Below, one piece after another: positions 23,105 through 36,379 of a stretch of DNA of 64,000 bases. Source of the DNA: Takakia lepidozioides (taxonomy: Eukaryota; Plantae; Bryophyta); assembly GCA_030704615.1 (NCBI GenBank), contig CM060733.1, positions 38,564,001-38,628,000 of the forward strand, written 5' to 3'. The position numbers and the translations under genes are program-made. The stretch's first letter is position 1. Each line of letters begins with the position of its first letter. The notes under the pieces were generated by a model. That model searched no databases and was not told where the DNA came from. It saw only the letters and a program-made list of their open reading frames with translations.

Positions 23105-26100
23105 ATGGAGACCGAGACGGAGGATGATAACCTGATCATTCTGTCAGGTAGTTTCATTTAACTAGGCTTTTGAAAGCATGGTTCCTTTCATTAGCCATCA
23201 AAAAATAATTATGTAGCATTCTTCCCATAAACCATATTGATGTAACCCTTCATTGACCAAAAACATGAGAAGATAATAACAACATTGATTACGTCTACAA
23301 TGTCTTCTTGCTCCCTAGTTCATTCCCTTTCAGATTCATTTAGATCTTGGACTAGACAAAAAATGAATGGACTGAGAATAATCCAACGAGGAAGAGAAAG
23401 AGAAGGAGAAGGAGGGTGGGAAATGGGCAGTAAAATCTCCAATCTACCCTAAACCTCCCAGGACCTATGGTTATGGAAATTGAAATTAGCAATCATACTA
23501 TTTGTCTTGGTATGGTTTTGAATCCATATAAAGACTAACACTAACAATATTACGTTGTTTCGCTCAATTCCGGCATAAGCCTATAGTTCTATCTTTATGT
23601 GAGTGATTCCAGGGCCAATCACACTTTATGAAGAGAGAAAACTGAGCGAGTGGATATTACATACTAATGAAGCATGTAGGAAATTAACTGATTTGCAATG
23701 CGTTGCAATTCAACTAATCACATACGAAAAATGCACAATTCAATTGAGTTGTCCTTGCAGTTCAATTGAACTGCCAAAATACCTAGAACTCAATTTTAAG
23801 AATTGCGCTTGCAATTTAATCTTTTATATAAAATTGGAAATACACTTCAGTTGAATTGTGCACATTCGAATTCAAACGTGTACGTACTTCATTACCTTAA
23901 AGTTTCTCTTTGCTAAAAGTTTTTCATGAATTTGGGGTTCATAGGCTTGTGCAACGTGATACTCTCATCCTTTTTAGTTTTGGACAAATAAAAGAAAGAG
24001 TGAACAACACATGTAAATTAAGAATTTGGGGAGACAGAGAGACTTGGGAATTTGAAAACTGATGCTCATGAAGTAAACCGGAGGCATGAGGATCTCAAAC
24101 CTTGGGTTGGGTGTAGAGTGCATTTATTTACATCTGATTTATCTTTGCTAAGTGAGACAAAAGTGATATTGCAGGAAGTTGTGGAGATAGAAAAGGAAGA
24201 TGAAAAAAACATTGTGATACGGTAGAAGTTGGTGATGATAGTTTTATCTAAGAAGAGAAGTTGGTCTAAGCAGGACAAATAACTGAATGGGTTCATGAGA
24301 AAAAAAGAGCATGCTTATGATTTATGAATGTAGGATCCATCGAGCAAGGAAATAACACATGTTCAAATTTATATTTCTAGATATAATATTGGCATATATA
24401 TACATAATATATATAATGATGAGTTATTAAGCATATATTATAATTGAATTGAATTGCAATGGAATAGTGCATTTTTGGTAGATGAGAGTGACAAACTCTC
24501 CACTTAATATTCCAATATGGTGTTGTTAGCTCTAATCTTCCTCTCTAGAAAGAGATATAGTGACTCCATCAATTCTTGTGAGAGAAAGAGAAAGGAAAAA
24601 TCCCATGACAGGGAGGGTTGATTGGTTGCAGAGGATGAGGAATTCAATGACAGTGAGTACACATATGAAGAGGTGGCAATTGAAGAGGAATATGAATCAG
24701 AGGAGGATGCGGGGTCTGAGGATCTGGAAGCCACCCTCCGGTCCCTTCAAAAGCTTTCTTTTCTGCTTGGTAAGGGATACTAATGTTTCCATTGTAAGTG
24801 CTACGTTGAACCACCACAAATCGAGTAGGTAGTGTCATGTGTAGCTACGGGCTAATCTGGTATAGAGTCACTTGTTCGGCATACAAGGCTGAGACTAGCT
24901 AGTTGTTAAATACATTGTTTTCTTGTGGTGTTAATATTGTAGGAAAAGGCAGTAAAAAGGTGGAGCAACCGGAATCACGGCGTCAAAAGGAGGTCATGGA
25001 CGACTTCGTGCGTAACTTCTGTGTTACAAACGGTCTCATGAGGACCCTCGAAGTTTTCGAGGTATGGCCGTCTTCCAGTACTGCATTGTGCCTCCTCCAT
25101 ACTCAGGATGCTCACAGTACGCTGCATGAATGAGCTCCAAGGGATCGGCCACACTCTCGGTGGACTTGGGGCCAACAATCTGTACACTCGTGTGTATTCA
25201 ATGTATCAGTGAGTGGGCTTGATCCCGTACTGACTATTATGGTTCAATGTAGGTTGAGTGGTTCGAGATGAAAGAGAAGGGGAGGGTGATTGACAGCCAG
25301 CTGATGATGGTACCAGACGAATATGGTCGTTCCTTGCAACTCACCAACATTCTCAAGCACCTCCAGGATCAACTTGAGCAATCCAACGTCGTTGCCCAGT
25401 ATTTCTCTTCTATCCTCCAACAAATTTTCTCTTTTTTGTCCGGTGTCACTCTCCCTCACTGCATACAAGATGAGCTTCAACCAACGGCTCCCGTGTGTCT
25501 GGACTGCTACAGGAATGGACATTGTAGTTGTTAGACAGGGCTTACTGGTGCTGTCAGCGTGGTATCCTATGTTTCACTCGGGAGTTGGTCTTTCGTCTTG
25601 TGGTATGAAGGTTAGCCTTGTATGGTAACCGGGGTTGGGATCAGATGGGCAGTTGCCGGCAGGAAATGCTCGAGAAGTTTCGAAAGGAGCGCAACCTACA
25701 TCGCATGCATCACTGCAGGATAGCCCAAGAGAAGAACAAACTCGTTTTAGATATCAAGGTACATTCATGATCTGTCCCACCCCTCAAATAATTGTCCACT
25801 CTCCGCGTAAGGGTAGATAATGGAAGTATTGTCATTCCAAAAACTACACGAGTCTTGGCTGTGACATAGTGAAAGTTCTTTGAATCATCACATCACTGTA
25901 GATCGCAAACATACTACGTACATGGTACATTACATCCGAAGACCAGAGCTAGACTACGTCTCTTTACGACGTGTTTGAGTGTTAATCTCAAACTAACCAT
26001 CTGGGCTAGTTTTGTGGCCCAACACTAACATTTACCCTTGGAGAATTTCGTGGCAGAGGCATATCTTCCTTGTTGTTGCCTAGAACGGCCATACATTTCT

Positions 26101-29100
26101 TTCTGATAGAGCGGATTCTGCCAGGGTTTATGAGATCTTGATTCCCTTGTGCAGAGATTGCGAGGGCATTTTGGGAAGTATGAGCCAATAATTGGAGCCC
26201 TGAAGAAAAAATATGAGCAGGCGGTCCGTGCCAAGGCAATGATGGCCCTCGATCGAGACAAACTGCACGCTATGGTGATGCTCCGGTCACCTTTATGAAT
26301 GGGAAAAAGAGAGAGAGAGAGACTGGTATTATTTATTATCCGCGTAAAGCCCAAAAAGCTTATGAGATGTGTGGATATAAGCCTGCATAGCCTTTGGGTC
26401 ATGTAGGCGCACTGCCTGCCTGGGTGCAGTGGACACAGGGGATAGCAGAAGGGTGGAAGGAGGAGATCAAATTGGGATCAGTAGATATGCTTGCACTTAA
26501 ACTCATGTGTCACCTTATGCTTAAGAGCAACTAAAGGCTCTCTCCCCTAATGCGGCCTCCTTTCTGTCTAGAGCTTTTAGGCCACCCTTGTGATAATGCA
26601 GCACCTTGACCCAGAGGGACCAAGACAATGTCTATCAGAATGATGGCCAACGAGGGTGATCATCATTTTTTAAGGTTTTATCGAGTTTGTCTTGATATTC
26701 AGCTGCTCAGGCATCCTGGTTTCAGCGTAAGCACATTCTTCTAGCCGTCTTCAGACACACACCACCCACCACTGGGTTAATTTGTGGTAGCTCCTTTCCA
26801 TATAAAGTTTCTTCTCGCTCTCAGGTTCTTCAGAAAATCTCGTTCCTTTCCTGACTGGCTCAATGCTTATGATCACAGAGTGTCATAGCCTCAAGCATCA
26901 TCTAGAGACTCTGTAATTATTTCAAGGAAGGGCACAGTTGTTTTATACTTGTGAAGATTTCCTCACTTAGCATAATATCCCCTGTCCTGTGCCATGTAGT
27001 TGACGAATGTAAGATCACACTCACCATTCCACTGAGTTCGTATGCTTGGACTGTTGACCCTACCCCTAGATTTAGTAACAATAACCTTACAAGTTCTAAA
27101 CACCCCAGGTGTTTCTATGTTTGGAGGCTCTTTCGGTTCTCTCTTGCAGTTCTCTAAATCTCAATGGCCCTGAGGACCTCCTGTGGACATTGAAGATTAT
27201 CCTTCATCTTCTCCCTCTCCCAGAACTGCCTATTAGGCTGCCGGATCTAGGCACACTATTGCTGAGTAGTGTCAACTCTTGACAGGTGGAAGCAGCGAAC
27301 TTGTTTACTGATGACAATGCTTTGTCACCCACTTTCAAGGGGCCTCAGCATGGAAAGGGGAGTTTCAAAGCTGTGCCAAAGCCTGATCCACTAATTTCTG
27401 GGATTAAAGTGAATCCCTTTGCAGAATTGAAACTACCGCGTACTGATGTCAGAAATTTCACCTTGCAAAAAACATTCCAAGCTCACTTGATGTCTGTAAG
27501 CAAGTAAGTTGACTATATCTCTCCCTTTGGTTATCTCGTGTAAAACAGATGAAGCACTGATATGCTCAGCCTCACAAGATAGTGCTATAATTGATGGGTA
27601 GTCAATTATTGTTGTGCTCCATGGCACATTCTTAGAAAGAATACATGGTATTTGAACATACAATCCTCGGGTGTGAAGACTCTGCATGATACCCTCCCAG
27701 ATCATGTGCTTTCATCAAGTGGGGATGAAACCCAGCTCAGAATAGCCATCTTGCACACAGCACAGGACAACCCTGCTATGGGTTGATTGAGTGTTGATGG
27801 AAAAGCTGGCATGGCATCATTCTGTTGACTCTAGGATTTCTACTGTATTGTCACAGGTCTGATTGGGTTGCACTGCTAGTCAGAGCATAGTGGGGAGGGA
27901 GAAGAAGAGATTTTGTACATTCACTCTAAGAAGAAATTGAGAGAGAGAAGAGCATAGGTCTTGCCTGATTGGTGTGCTTCTTGATAATGCAGTGTGATAA
28001 TCCACCCAAAGAAGCCAGTGGTGGTAACTGCCTCAGATGATGGCACCTGGCGGATGTGGGGACTGCCAGCTGGTGATTTGATCATGACGGGTGATGGCCA
28101 TAAGGACTGGGTGTCGGGCCTTGATTTTCACCCCAAGTATGTAGCCCCCCTTTCTATAGTGTCAGAGAGAAAAGATATAACAAGCCTTGCATCCTGTACA
28201 ATGGCCTTGCGAGAGTTTTAGCCACGATTGGTGCTACATACTTGGATGCTTACATGCAGGTGCAGAGATGCATACACACATACTTATAGATATGTGAATT
28301 GCCAATCCATCTGCATCTGTCTCGTCAACTCATGTTGAAAGTGGCATGGCTGTTGCAGAGGGATGCATCTGGCATCATCGTCAGGGGATTGTACTGTCAA
28401 AATCTGGAGCTTTGAAAAATCGCGCTGCATACAGACTTTCACTGAGCACACTCAGGTCTTCACCTCCTCTCTTGCATGTAAATGTACTCAATCTTCTCTC
28501 TCCCACGCAGTTTATACAGTGTCAGTGTCAGTTTTTATCTGGCCCTTTTGACCTCCGTGGTTGTAATATATATTTTTCTATCTTTCCCTCTCTTTCTCGC
28601 AAGAAACGGTCAGCAAGTACAAGCGCTGAAGACTACTAAAGGTGCAGTGGTGACTTCATCGGTTGACATTGTCAAAACCTTTGAAAATCACTACAGTATC
28701 CTTGGCAGAACTTCTACGTCTAACAGTGAGGGGTCTTCTGCTGAATGGAGGGACACAGTTGGAAAAACTGTTCCTATGATTCACAACAGCCCTGATGAAC
28801 TGGAGTATATTTCAATGGCTTATAACTCTCCCGTTAGTTCTTCTGAGATTGTGGAAGCAATTGAACATTTAAATGGATATAAAGCTGGTGGACCTGATGG
28901 TATTGTCAACAAGCTTATCAAGCACGGTGGCGATCCCATGATAGAGGCCCTAGTTCTCCTCTTTAACCTTATCTGGAAGACTGAAATGATCCCCTTTCGC
29001 TGGCGACAGGGGGTCATTGTCAATCTATACAAGAAGGGTGACAGAGAAGAACCGGGGAACTACCGTGGCATCACGCTCCTCAATGCTGTTGGCAAGACAT

Positions 29101-32100
29101 TCTGCAGAGTTATAAGTACTCGTCTCGAGGTTGATCTGGAGTCTAGAGGTTGTTTCCACGAAGGCCAAGCTGGCTTTCGGCGAAACAGGGGCTGTGTGGA
29201 TCATATCTTCACTCTAAGCCAGATTATCCAGGGAAGGAAAAAAGAAGCGAAACCCACTTATGTTTTTTTCCTGGATGTCAAAAAGGCTTATGACACAGTG
29301 TGGAGAGATGGCCTATGGTTCCGCCTCTGGTCTTGTGGGATCAAGGGAAAGATGTGGAGAGTTGTCCACAACTTGTATGCTCACACCAAAAGCTGTGTCA
29401 CTGTTAATGGACAGAAGTCCAACTTCTTTGACATAGACCAAGGTGTAGCTCAAGGATGTACTCTCTCCCCTCTGCTCTTCAATGTTTTTATCAATCAACT
29501 CCTCGAGGATGTGGAAAGTGAGGGATTTGGGTTAAGGGTGGGTGATACCACCATACCAGCCCTTATGTTTGCGGATGACTTCGCAGGCATAGGGGAGACT
29601 CCAACCAATCTCCAGGAGTTGATTGATTGCGCGAAGAGATACGTTGATCTTTGGGGGCTAGAGGCTAATGTCAGCAAATGTGCAGTGGTAGCATTCAACG
29701 ACAGAGGAGAGGAGGAAGTGATCTTAAGTGGCAGTGGGGTAGCCAAGAGATCCCGGTCCTCCTTCCTACACTTACCTGGGCGTTGAATTTTCCTCCAATT
29801 GTAATTGGGATGCACATATCCGGAAAGTTGTTCAAACTGGCAAGGGCAAAGCTCTGGGGCTCACAAAAAATTTCCACTGCAGAGGGGTCAACTCTGAGGT
29901 TAAGAAAACCATGCTTTGCCGCGTTATTAGACCTGCCTTGGAGTACGGATCTGCTATATGGGTTGATAACTCCAACCAGGCTAAGTCTCTAGAATCCATT
30001 CAAGTGGGGGTGCTTAAGGAGTGTATGTCAGCATGCTCCAAAACAGCCAATGTGGCTGTTCGGGGTGAGTTTGGCATTCCGTCCTTAAGCTCCCGACGAG
30101 ATGAATTCAAGGTCAGATGGTGGGGTCAGCTGCAACATATGCCCAACACCAGATATCCTAAGTTAATCGACTCTATATCTTGGAAACAGGACCGCCCTGT
30201 CAAACAGGCTAAGTCCTGGCAGAAGAGGTTAGAAGAGATTCTCAAGGTCCTGGACCTGGATCCGCAAGTCTTGACCCTGCTGGATAAATCTGATTTAGAG
30301 GCTGTAGTGTCCGATGCCATGTCTGTTGCCATGAGATTGTCTGATGAAAATGAAGTTAGGCAGAAAACCCCCTGAACTTGTTTCCAGTCAGTGACATGGG
30401 GGAGGACATCTTGGATGACCTCAAGGGTCTACCCACTCTCGGCACTAGACTGAAATTTAAACTCAGGGCAGGAAGCCTACCTTTGAACAGCAAACAGAAG
30501 CAGAGAGGAAAGGGAGAGTGCAATTGCCCATTGTGTGGGCAATCTGAAGACAGTATTCATTTTCTGATACACTGTCTGGGGTTCTCTCACCAAAGAGACG
30601 CTCTCTTCAACTCTATCAAGGGAATTGTGCCTGTACCCCTGTTTACCAACTTTGAAAGTCTCGAGGCTGAGCCAAAAGCCCAGGCCCTCCTGAGGCCTAG
30701 TTTTTGGGCAAATCACACACAGCAGATTGATGCTTGTGTGAAGGGATTTCTAGAGGATATCTGGAAAACCCGGATTAATTCTTTATATGAAGGTAAGTCT
30801 TACTACCAACGTCAGCCCCTGACAGAGGTAGGTTCTGTCTCTTTTGTTCCCGCTCAAACTGGGCGCGGGGTCAATGGCCACAAGGCTACGGCAAACAACG
30901 TCTTATGAGTACAATCTTTCCCTCTCTCTCTCTCTGCGGGTCTATGGCCACAAGGCTACAGCAAACAACGTCTTATGAGTACATTCTCTCTGTCTCGGTG
31001 TGGGTAGAGTCCTTCAATAGGCTTCCCTTGTCTAGATTGTTTCCTTGGCCCTCCTAGATGTTATTAAGTTTCTTCTTGCTGTTTGTGTGTCTCTCTCTCC
31101 CTCCTTTCTAGCAATCTTTATGCTGTACTGTTGGATGTAGTAATAGTAGTACAATTGTAACAAGTATCTATGCCAAAGTTCACTCTTAGCATTCAATGGA
31201 GATAATCATCTACCCATCTTCTCTTTGGATAGGATGTATGTAGATCTCCCTTTGTACCTTTGGTGTAGCTTCCAACAGATAGCCCAGTGGTAAGGGCACT
31301 GGTCAGACATTGTTGCTGGTCATGGTTGAAGTCTTTTTATGACCCATTTTGAGGATCACCCTGCTAAATATTGGAGGCCTTACCCTCACAAAATTGGTTT
31401 CTATACAATTTCCCCGCTCAGGGATTTCCCTGTCCATGAAAAGTGCACACCTCCTGCTGAGAGGCAGTAATTGTAAAGGGTCGTAGGAGGTGCTGTGTCA
31501 TTCTATTACCTCACATACATTCACCTCATTGTGGAGTTTTAATGGGTCATGGATGCGTGGTAGTGTCATTCTCTTCCTTACTCCACATTAAATGCATCTC
31601 ATTGTGGAGTAGGTCGTGTACTCTCTCCAACTGTTTTGGAAGGAAGAATGTGAAATGACCAACTTTGGGAGTTCACTTAAATGGGGTGAGATCAGGCAGT
31701 ATGGGCAGTGTCTTATCACTCCAGCGGTGACATCCTGGCCAGCTCTTCGCTTGATCATACTGCCCGTGTCTGGGACCTATATGCGTAACTCCTCTTGCCC
31801 TCATTTTTTTATATGCTTGTCCCATTGAAGTGGAACTTGAAGCAGTAAATGTATGGACGTAACCAAGAATAATTGCTGTTAATAAGTTGTCTATCAAAAC
31901 TTGGTGACAAATGTTGTAATAAATGGAGTTGCACTGAAACAGTAACTCTCTGACTTGTTTCTGATAGAGGAAATGGCAGCCATGTGTCAATGTAGACTGA
32001 TGGGGCTTGGATTCTTGCAGAATGAAATGCCGGGGAACATTGCGAGGTCATGTGGATTCGGTAAATGGGGTGGTGTGGCAGTTGTATACCAGCATACTGT

Positions 32101-33418
32101 GCACTGCCAGTAGCGATAAAACTGTGAGTCTTTGGGATGCACGCTCTTCACTGTGTGTGCAAACTTTTTATGGCCACAAAAGCTCCTGCAACCAGGCGGC
32201 CTTTGACAACAAGGTGCTTTTCTTGTTATCTCTTAGTGTGGGAACGTGGGTGATAGTTCGCTGAAATTCCAGTGAATCCCCTTCCTATTTATTTTGGGCC
32301 CGTAGGCCTGCCCAACTGTTATTTCTTTGTTTCTGAATAATGTTGTCAGGTTTCTTATGGACACTACAACGTCTCTTTCTTCTTTTCTCTTTCTCCCGGC
32401 TCACATCAGTCTAGTGTGTGTGTGCGATAGGCCCTCCGGGTCACCAGTGGACCTAATCAGTTTATCTTTCTGTCTTTACCTTCTTTTGCTACTTTCTTAC
32501 AATGGAAAGGGAAGAACCAGCTAGGAATTTTGAAAGTGAAAAACCTCGACTCTCTGCATAGAAGGTTAGACCCGCAGTTTTGGATAAAAAACAGAGGAAT
32601 GGAACACCAAAGGTAACCCCAGCCCACTAACCACTTAAGGGTTGATGCGTGTGGACCACTTGTGTTGATATAAAACTGAAAAATCTTTTGGATTGTGCGA
32701 ACTGTGTCATGAATTTTTAAAACCTCGAAATTGGCCAGTGAGAGCTGAAACTGGCAAGGTGTGGGCAGGGGAATATGATAGCATCAGTAGATGCAGATGG
32801 AGTGGTGAAGCTCTGGGATGTGCGTAAGGTAGCAGAATATGCGACTATCAATGTTGGCCCCCAATCAGCAAATCGTTGCTGCTTTGATCGGAGTGGCCTC
32901 GTCATGGCTATTGCCAGCAACGATGGCCGCATCAAATGGTAGGCACTCCTTGTCACCGTTGAACGCAGATGGTGCCAAATGTTCTTGGCTTTCTAGATTC
33001 TGGGTGGGTGTTTGTTTTCCAGAGCCTCTTACAATCTACCACTGGGCTGTGGTGCATCCCTAATGCTGTTGTCATATTTCAGGCCATCTAGCATAAAGCC
33101 TAATTTTCCGAGTGTGATGTTTTTACCGGTAGCTGTGAAAGAGCTTTGGCAGTTTACAGTCCATATCTGTGGTTGTATGTGACCCTAGTATTTATCCATC
33201 CAAATTCAAGATAAGGTCATGCTTTAACCGTCAATTTGCAAACATGTTCACATCCTTGCAGCTTTGAAATTGCGGGAGAGGTGGTCCCCATAAATGAACT
33301 CCAGGGCCATGATGATGCAGTTCAAGCTGTTGTTTTTGACCCCAATGGGGAGTTCATTGTTTCTGGTGGGTCCGACAGTACTTTCCGAATATGGGCGGAT
33401 GGGATGCTTGGCAACTAG
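23105..33418 (+). CDS. SPAG16: Flagellar central-pair WD40 protein SPAG16/PF20 (13 exons)
   Basis: GT-AG, phase-consistent exons: 23105-23147, 24632-24769, 24943-25061, 25253-25398, 25653-25758, 26155-26274, 27286-27503, 27993-28136, 28359-28455, 31696-31784, 32021-32213, 32769-32938, 33262-33418. Hallmark motifs EVMDDFVRNF..RTLEVFEVEW and KERNLHRMHH.RIAQEKNKL, then WD40 repeats (TASDDGTWRMW, GHKDWVSGLDFHP, GHVDSVN, GHDDAVQAVVFD). Confidence 0.92.
23664..23895. repeat. Foldback/MITE-like inverted repeat in SPAG16 intron 1
   Basis: TAATGAAG.A.GTA at the left versus TACGTACTTCATTA at the right; internal TGCACAATTCAA / TTGAATTGTGCA. Confidence 0.4.
28599..30913 (+). mobile_element. 5'-truncated non-LTR retrotransposon (RTEX-like LINE) in SPAG16 intron 9
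   Basis: RT motifs GPDG, NYRGITLL, QAGFR, DVKKAYDTV, GVAQGCTLSPLLF, FADD, followed by a C-terminal CPLC..ED..HF..HC zinc knuckle. A few frameshifts/stops. Flanked by ATCTTTCCCTCTCT(T/C)TCTC at 28580-28598 and 30914-30932 (candidate TSD). Confidence 0.9.
30936..30983 (+). repeat. Second, ~48-bp copy of the LINE 3' terminus
   Basis: gcgggtctatggccacaaggctacagcaaacaacgtcttatgagtaca nearly duplicates 30865-30913. Confidence 0.9.
31278..31345 (+). mobile_element. Degenerate tRNA-derived SINE head
   Basis: TAGCCCAGTGGTAAGGGCAC ... GGTTGAAGTC, similar to the head at 20866. Confidence 0.45.
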
Positions 33419-33579
33419 TCCGTGTCTGGTATGATCGCCCGACTGTACCAGTGGATGGAGAACCCGGGACTATGCAACAGGCAGGGTGCAAGTACCTAAC
33501 CAACCACCCCTGCTGTGGGGGAACATTTTATAGCATTCAAAGTCTGTCAGAGTAGTATATTAGGAAGCAAGACATGCCA

Positions 33580-35760
33580 GGCAATTTTTTTTTAAATTTA
33601 AAAAAAAGAAAATGAACAGGGGGATTGTAGCCCTGGAAACTGTACTGATATGGTAAGGAAAAAATAACCTTACGGATGGCCTTTGAGGCTGAGAATTGAG
33701 GTTCCACTCCGAGCCAGAAACAACAGTAGCAAGGGGGAAGAAAAGCCAGGGAGGAACAACTACTGCGGCTTAAACAATTGTAAGCTGCAAGGAAGAAAGA
33801 AGGAGAGAACTGAGAAGAAGAGAAACAGGGCAGCAGAGAGAGCTGCAACTGAAGGCAGCAACTACAAACAGCAGCAGCTACAGCTAGTTCCAAAAAACTA
33901 AGTCACCAGCAACTATAGCTGGAAAGATAGCTCTTAAAAACTAAGCCTACAGCCACTAAGAGCTACCCCTTTTGCGCTTGGGTGCATCAAAAGACAACTG
34001 GGTTTTTGATTTGCCCTTTCTAGCAGTTCGCTTGTGTCTCCAGTTGACCTCCAATTCTTCAGCGTCCACCGGGGAAAGTAATGATCTAATGGAGCTTCCA
34101 GCAGGCAGGGAGGCCTTCTTCTGAAATTCTCCTGCAAAAGACGTACCCTTTTCCCCAGGAACTGTCGAAATCTGCAAGTAACTTGTCTCTCCTTGAGCTG
34201 CTACACCTGGAAAGAGCTGTAACAAGGACAGACCATGCTTTGCGAGCTTCAGACATAAGTCTGAGTGAGCTAAGTAAAGAACTCTCTGCAAACATGGCCT
34301 CACCCCCTGAAAAACCACTGCACATCTCATCTTCCAGATGTGCCACAGAGTGATACCCCTGATAGACTCCCAAACTGGAGAAGAGCAGAATATACTACCC
34401 TCTTTAATATTCAAAAGCATAACAGAGGGAGAGAAGCACAAATCAGCAGACCAGATGGAGTAAAGGGCAAGGCAAAATATATCTCACTTGGGTGAATAAA
34501 AAATGAAAAATGTGGTGTCTTGCTGATGCAAGCGGAACTTATGTAACAATTGCTCCCGAAGGGCTACTACCTCCCGCCACCTCCCGCCGGGAAGGTGGAC
34601 AACTTTATGACATCCGACTAGTAGTGAAGATAAAAGGCAAGGGGCAAGTCCGCAAAGAAGTCAATACCAGTTGGGGAAAACCATACAAATTATATAAGGG
34701 TTGATAGTAAGCTCTTGAGCTGCTAAGGGAAGTATGACAGAAACAGAACTTCTGTAACAATCTTTCAACCAAGAGAGGCCTCTGGATTTTCTTCTTGGCT
34801 TTATCATTCTGTGGTACCAGTGGCATCGGCCCCAGCTTTGCTAAAGATATCGTAGCCCCTTTCTACTCAAAAACTGCAATGGATGTGAAACAAAACCCAA
34901 AAAGAAGGATGGTGGATTTCAAGCTTCTATGCAAACCAGGTCACATTGATAATGTACATTATAAAGGCCATGTAGGGCTGATTAACCCACATTATTCCCA
35001 CCAGTAGAAACCTAGCACCCCCTTGCACCATCTTATGACTAAGACGTTACCATCTTGACCTCAATACTGCAATCTTATTTACCCTCCCTGATTCCTGATC
35101 TCAAATTAACGCTTGATTCTGAGAGCATTTATACATACAGGCGACGTCAATCTTGAGGCATTCTCAAGTTCTCCTGGACATGCATTACTACCGACTTAAA
35201 GAGTGATGAACTGCACCATTAGTTCACTTGATTTGATTGCAAAAGCTCTGTATTGCAACTTGTTCTCTATACATACCTCCCCAAGAGCCTGAATCAAAAT
35301 GAGCACTCAATGTCTGAGATAAAGAAATGTCCAGCTACAGGATCTGGACCACAGCAGTCAATTTATCATTGTTACTTGTGGACCAAGAACACCAGTGATT
35401 ACCGTGGTTACTAAAAACTCTTAGGGCTACATCAAAGTACCCACGTTGAAATGCTCTGACCAGAGATTTGAAGGGCGGACAGCTTGGAATGGCCTCCCTG
35501 CCATTATGGTAAGGGTTCGGCAAGCCCGGAGGGCGAGCTGCCTCTGAACCCACCAAAATGGCAGGTGCAGGCCTGCTCTATAGCATAATGGATGGCACTT
35601 GCCAGCTTCTGAGTGTCTGCAGACCATCAACAGCCTGTAGAAAAGCCTACTCAACCATTCCACCCATATGGCATAATCAGCCACTGGAAGGAGTGGGAAG
35701 CGGGGCAAAAGGTTCTGTTTCTTAATCTTCTTCAAATTCGACAGAATCAGCAAGCAAAAT
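33580..35760 (-). mobile_element. Decayed L1-type LINE 3' remnants
   Basis: Frame 33956-34441 has WESIRGITLWHIWKMRCAVVFQG (the L1 ORF2 C-terminal LW.IW..RN..VF motif). A-rich end near 33585. Upstream boundary uncertain. Confidence 0.55.
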
Positions 35761-36379
35761 CCACTATGTAAGATTACCTTTCAAGTGAAGGCTAGCCAAA
35801 ACTAATTACTTCACGTCATGAATGCATCTTAAAGCTAAAGAAAAGAAGAAGAAAAATATGTTCTTTCTCTCTCCTAGGCAGGGTCGCTTTAGAAGTCTCT
35901 ACCATCCAAAGAAGATTCAGCAAGCTGAACTGATGATCCATCCAAGTATGATGCTAAAGTTTAATGCAGCCTAATATAATGCAAAGATTTCATGAAAGCT
36001 GTAAGCTGAAGTGGCTATTTGGCTGTGACCATGGTCTTGTTCTCTTTCTCTCTGTCATTGTTTGCATTAGAGCCACTGCATGAGATTTATACAGCCAGAA
36101 ATATGTGTGACATGTGGGACTTCCTCTTTTCACACATGGTAGCTTTGAGAGCCCAAAAAAATGCTATCCTTATCAAAGACTATTTCTAGGATGGTCTTTC
36201 ATGGTGAAAGGTTGAACCCTAAATCCACCGTATTTTGCAGGGTTGATTTTCTCATTTGAAGGGTAAAATGGGTCTTGAATTTCAAACCTTATCTCCAGTC
36301 GACGTCATCGGAGCAACCCCAGAATTTCAGCAGATTTTCTTTCCATTTGCTTTCGTTGTAGGCTACTCTTCAGGAGGTG

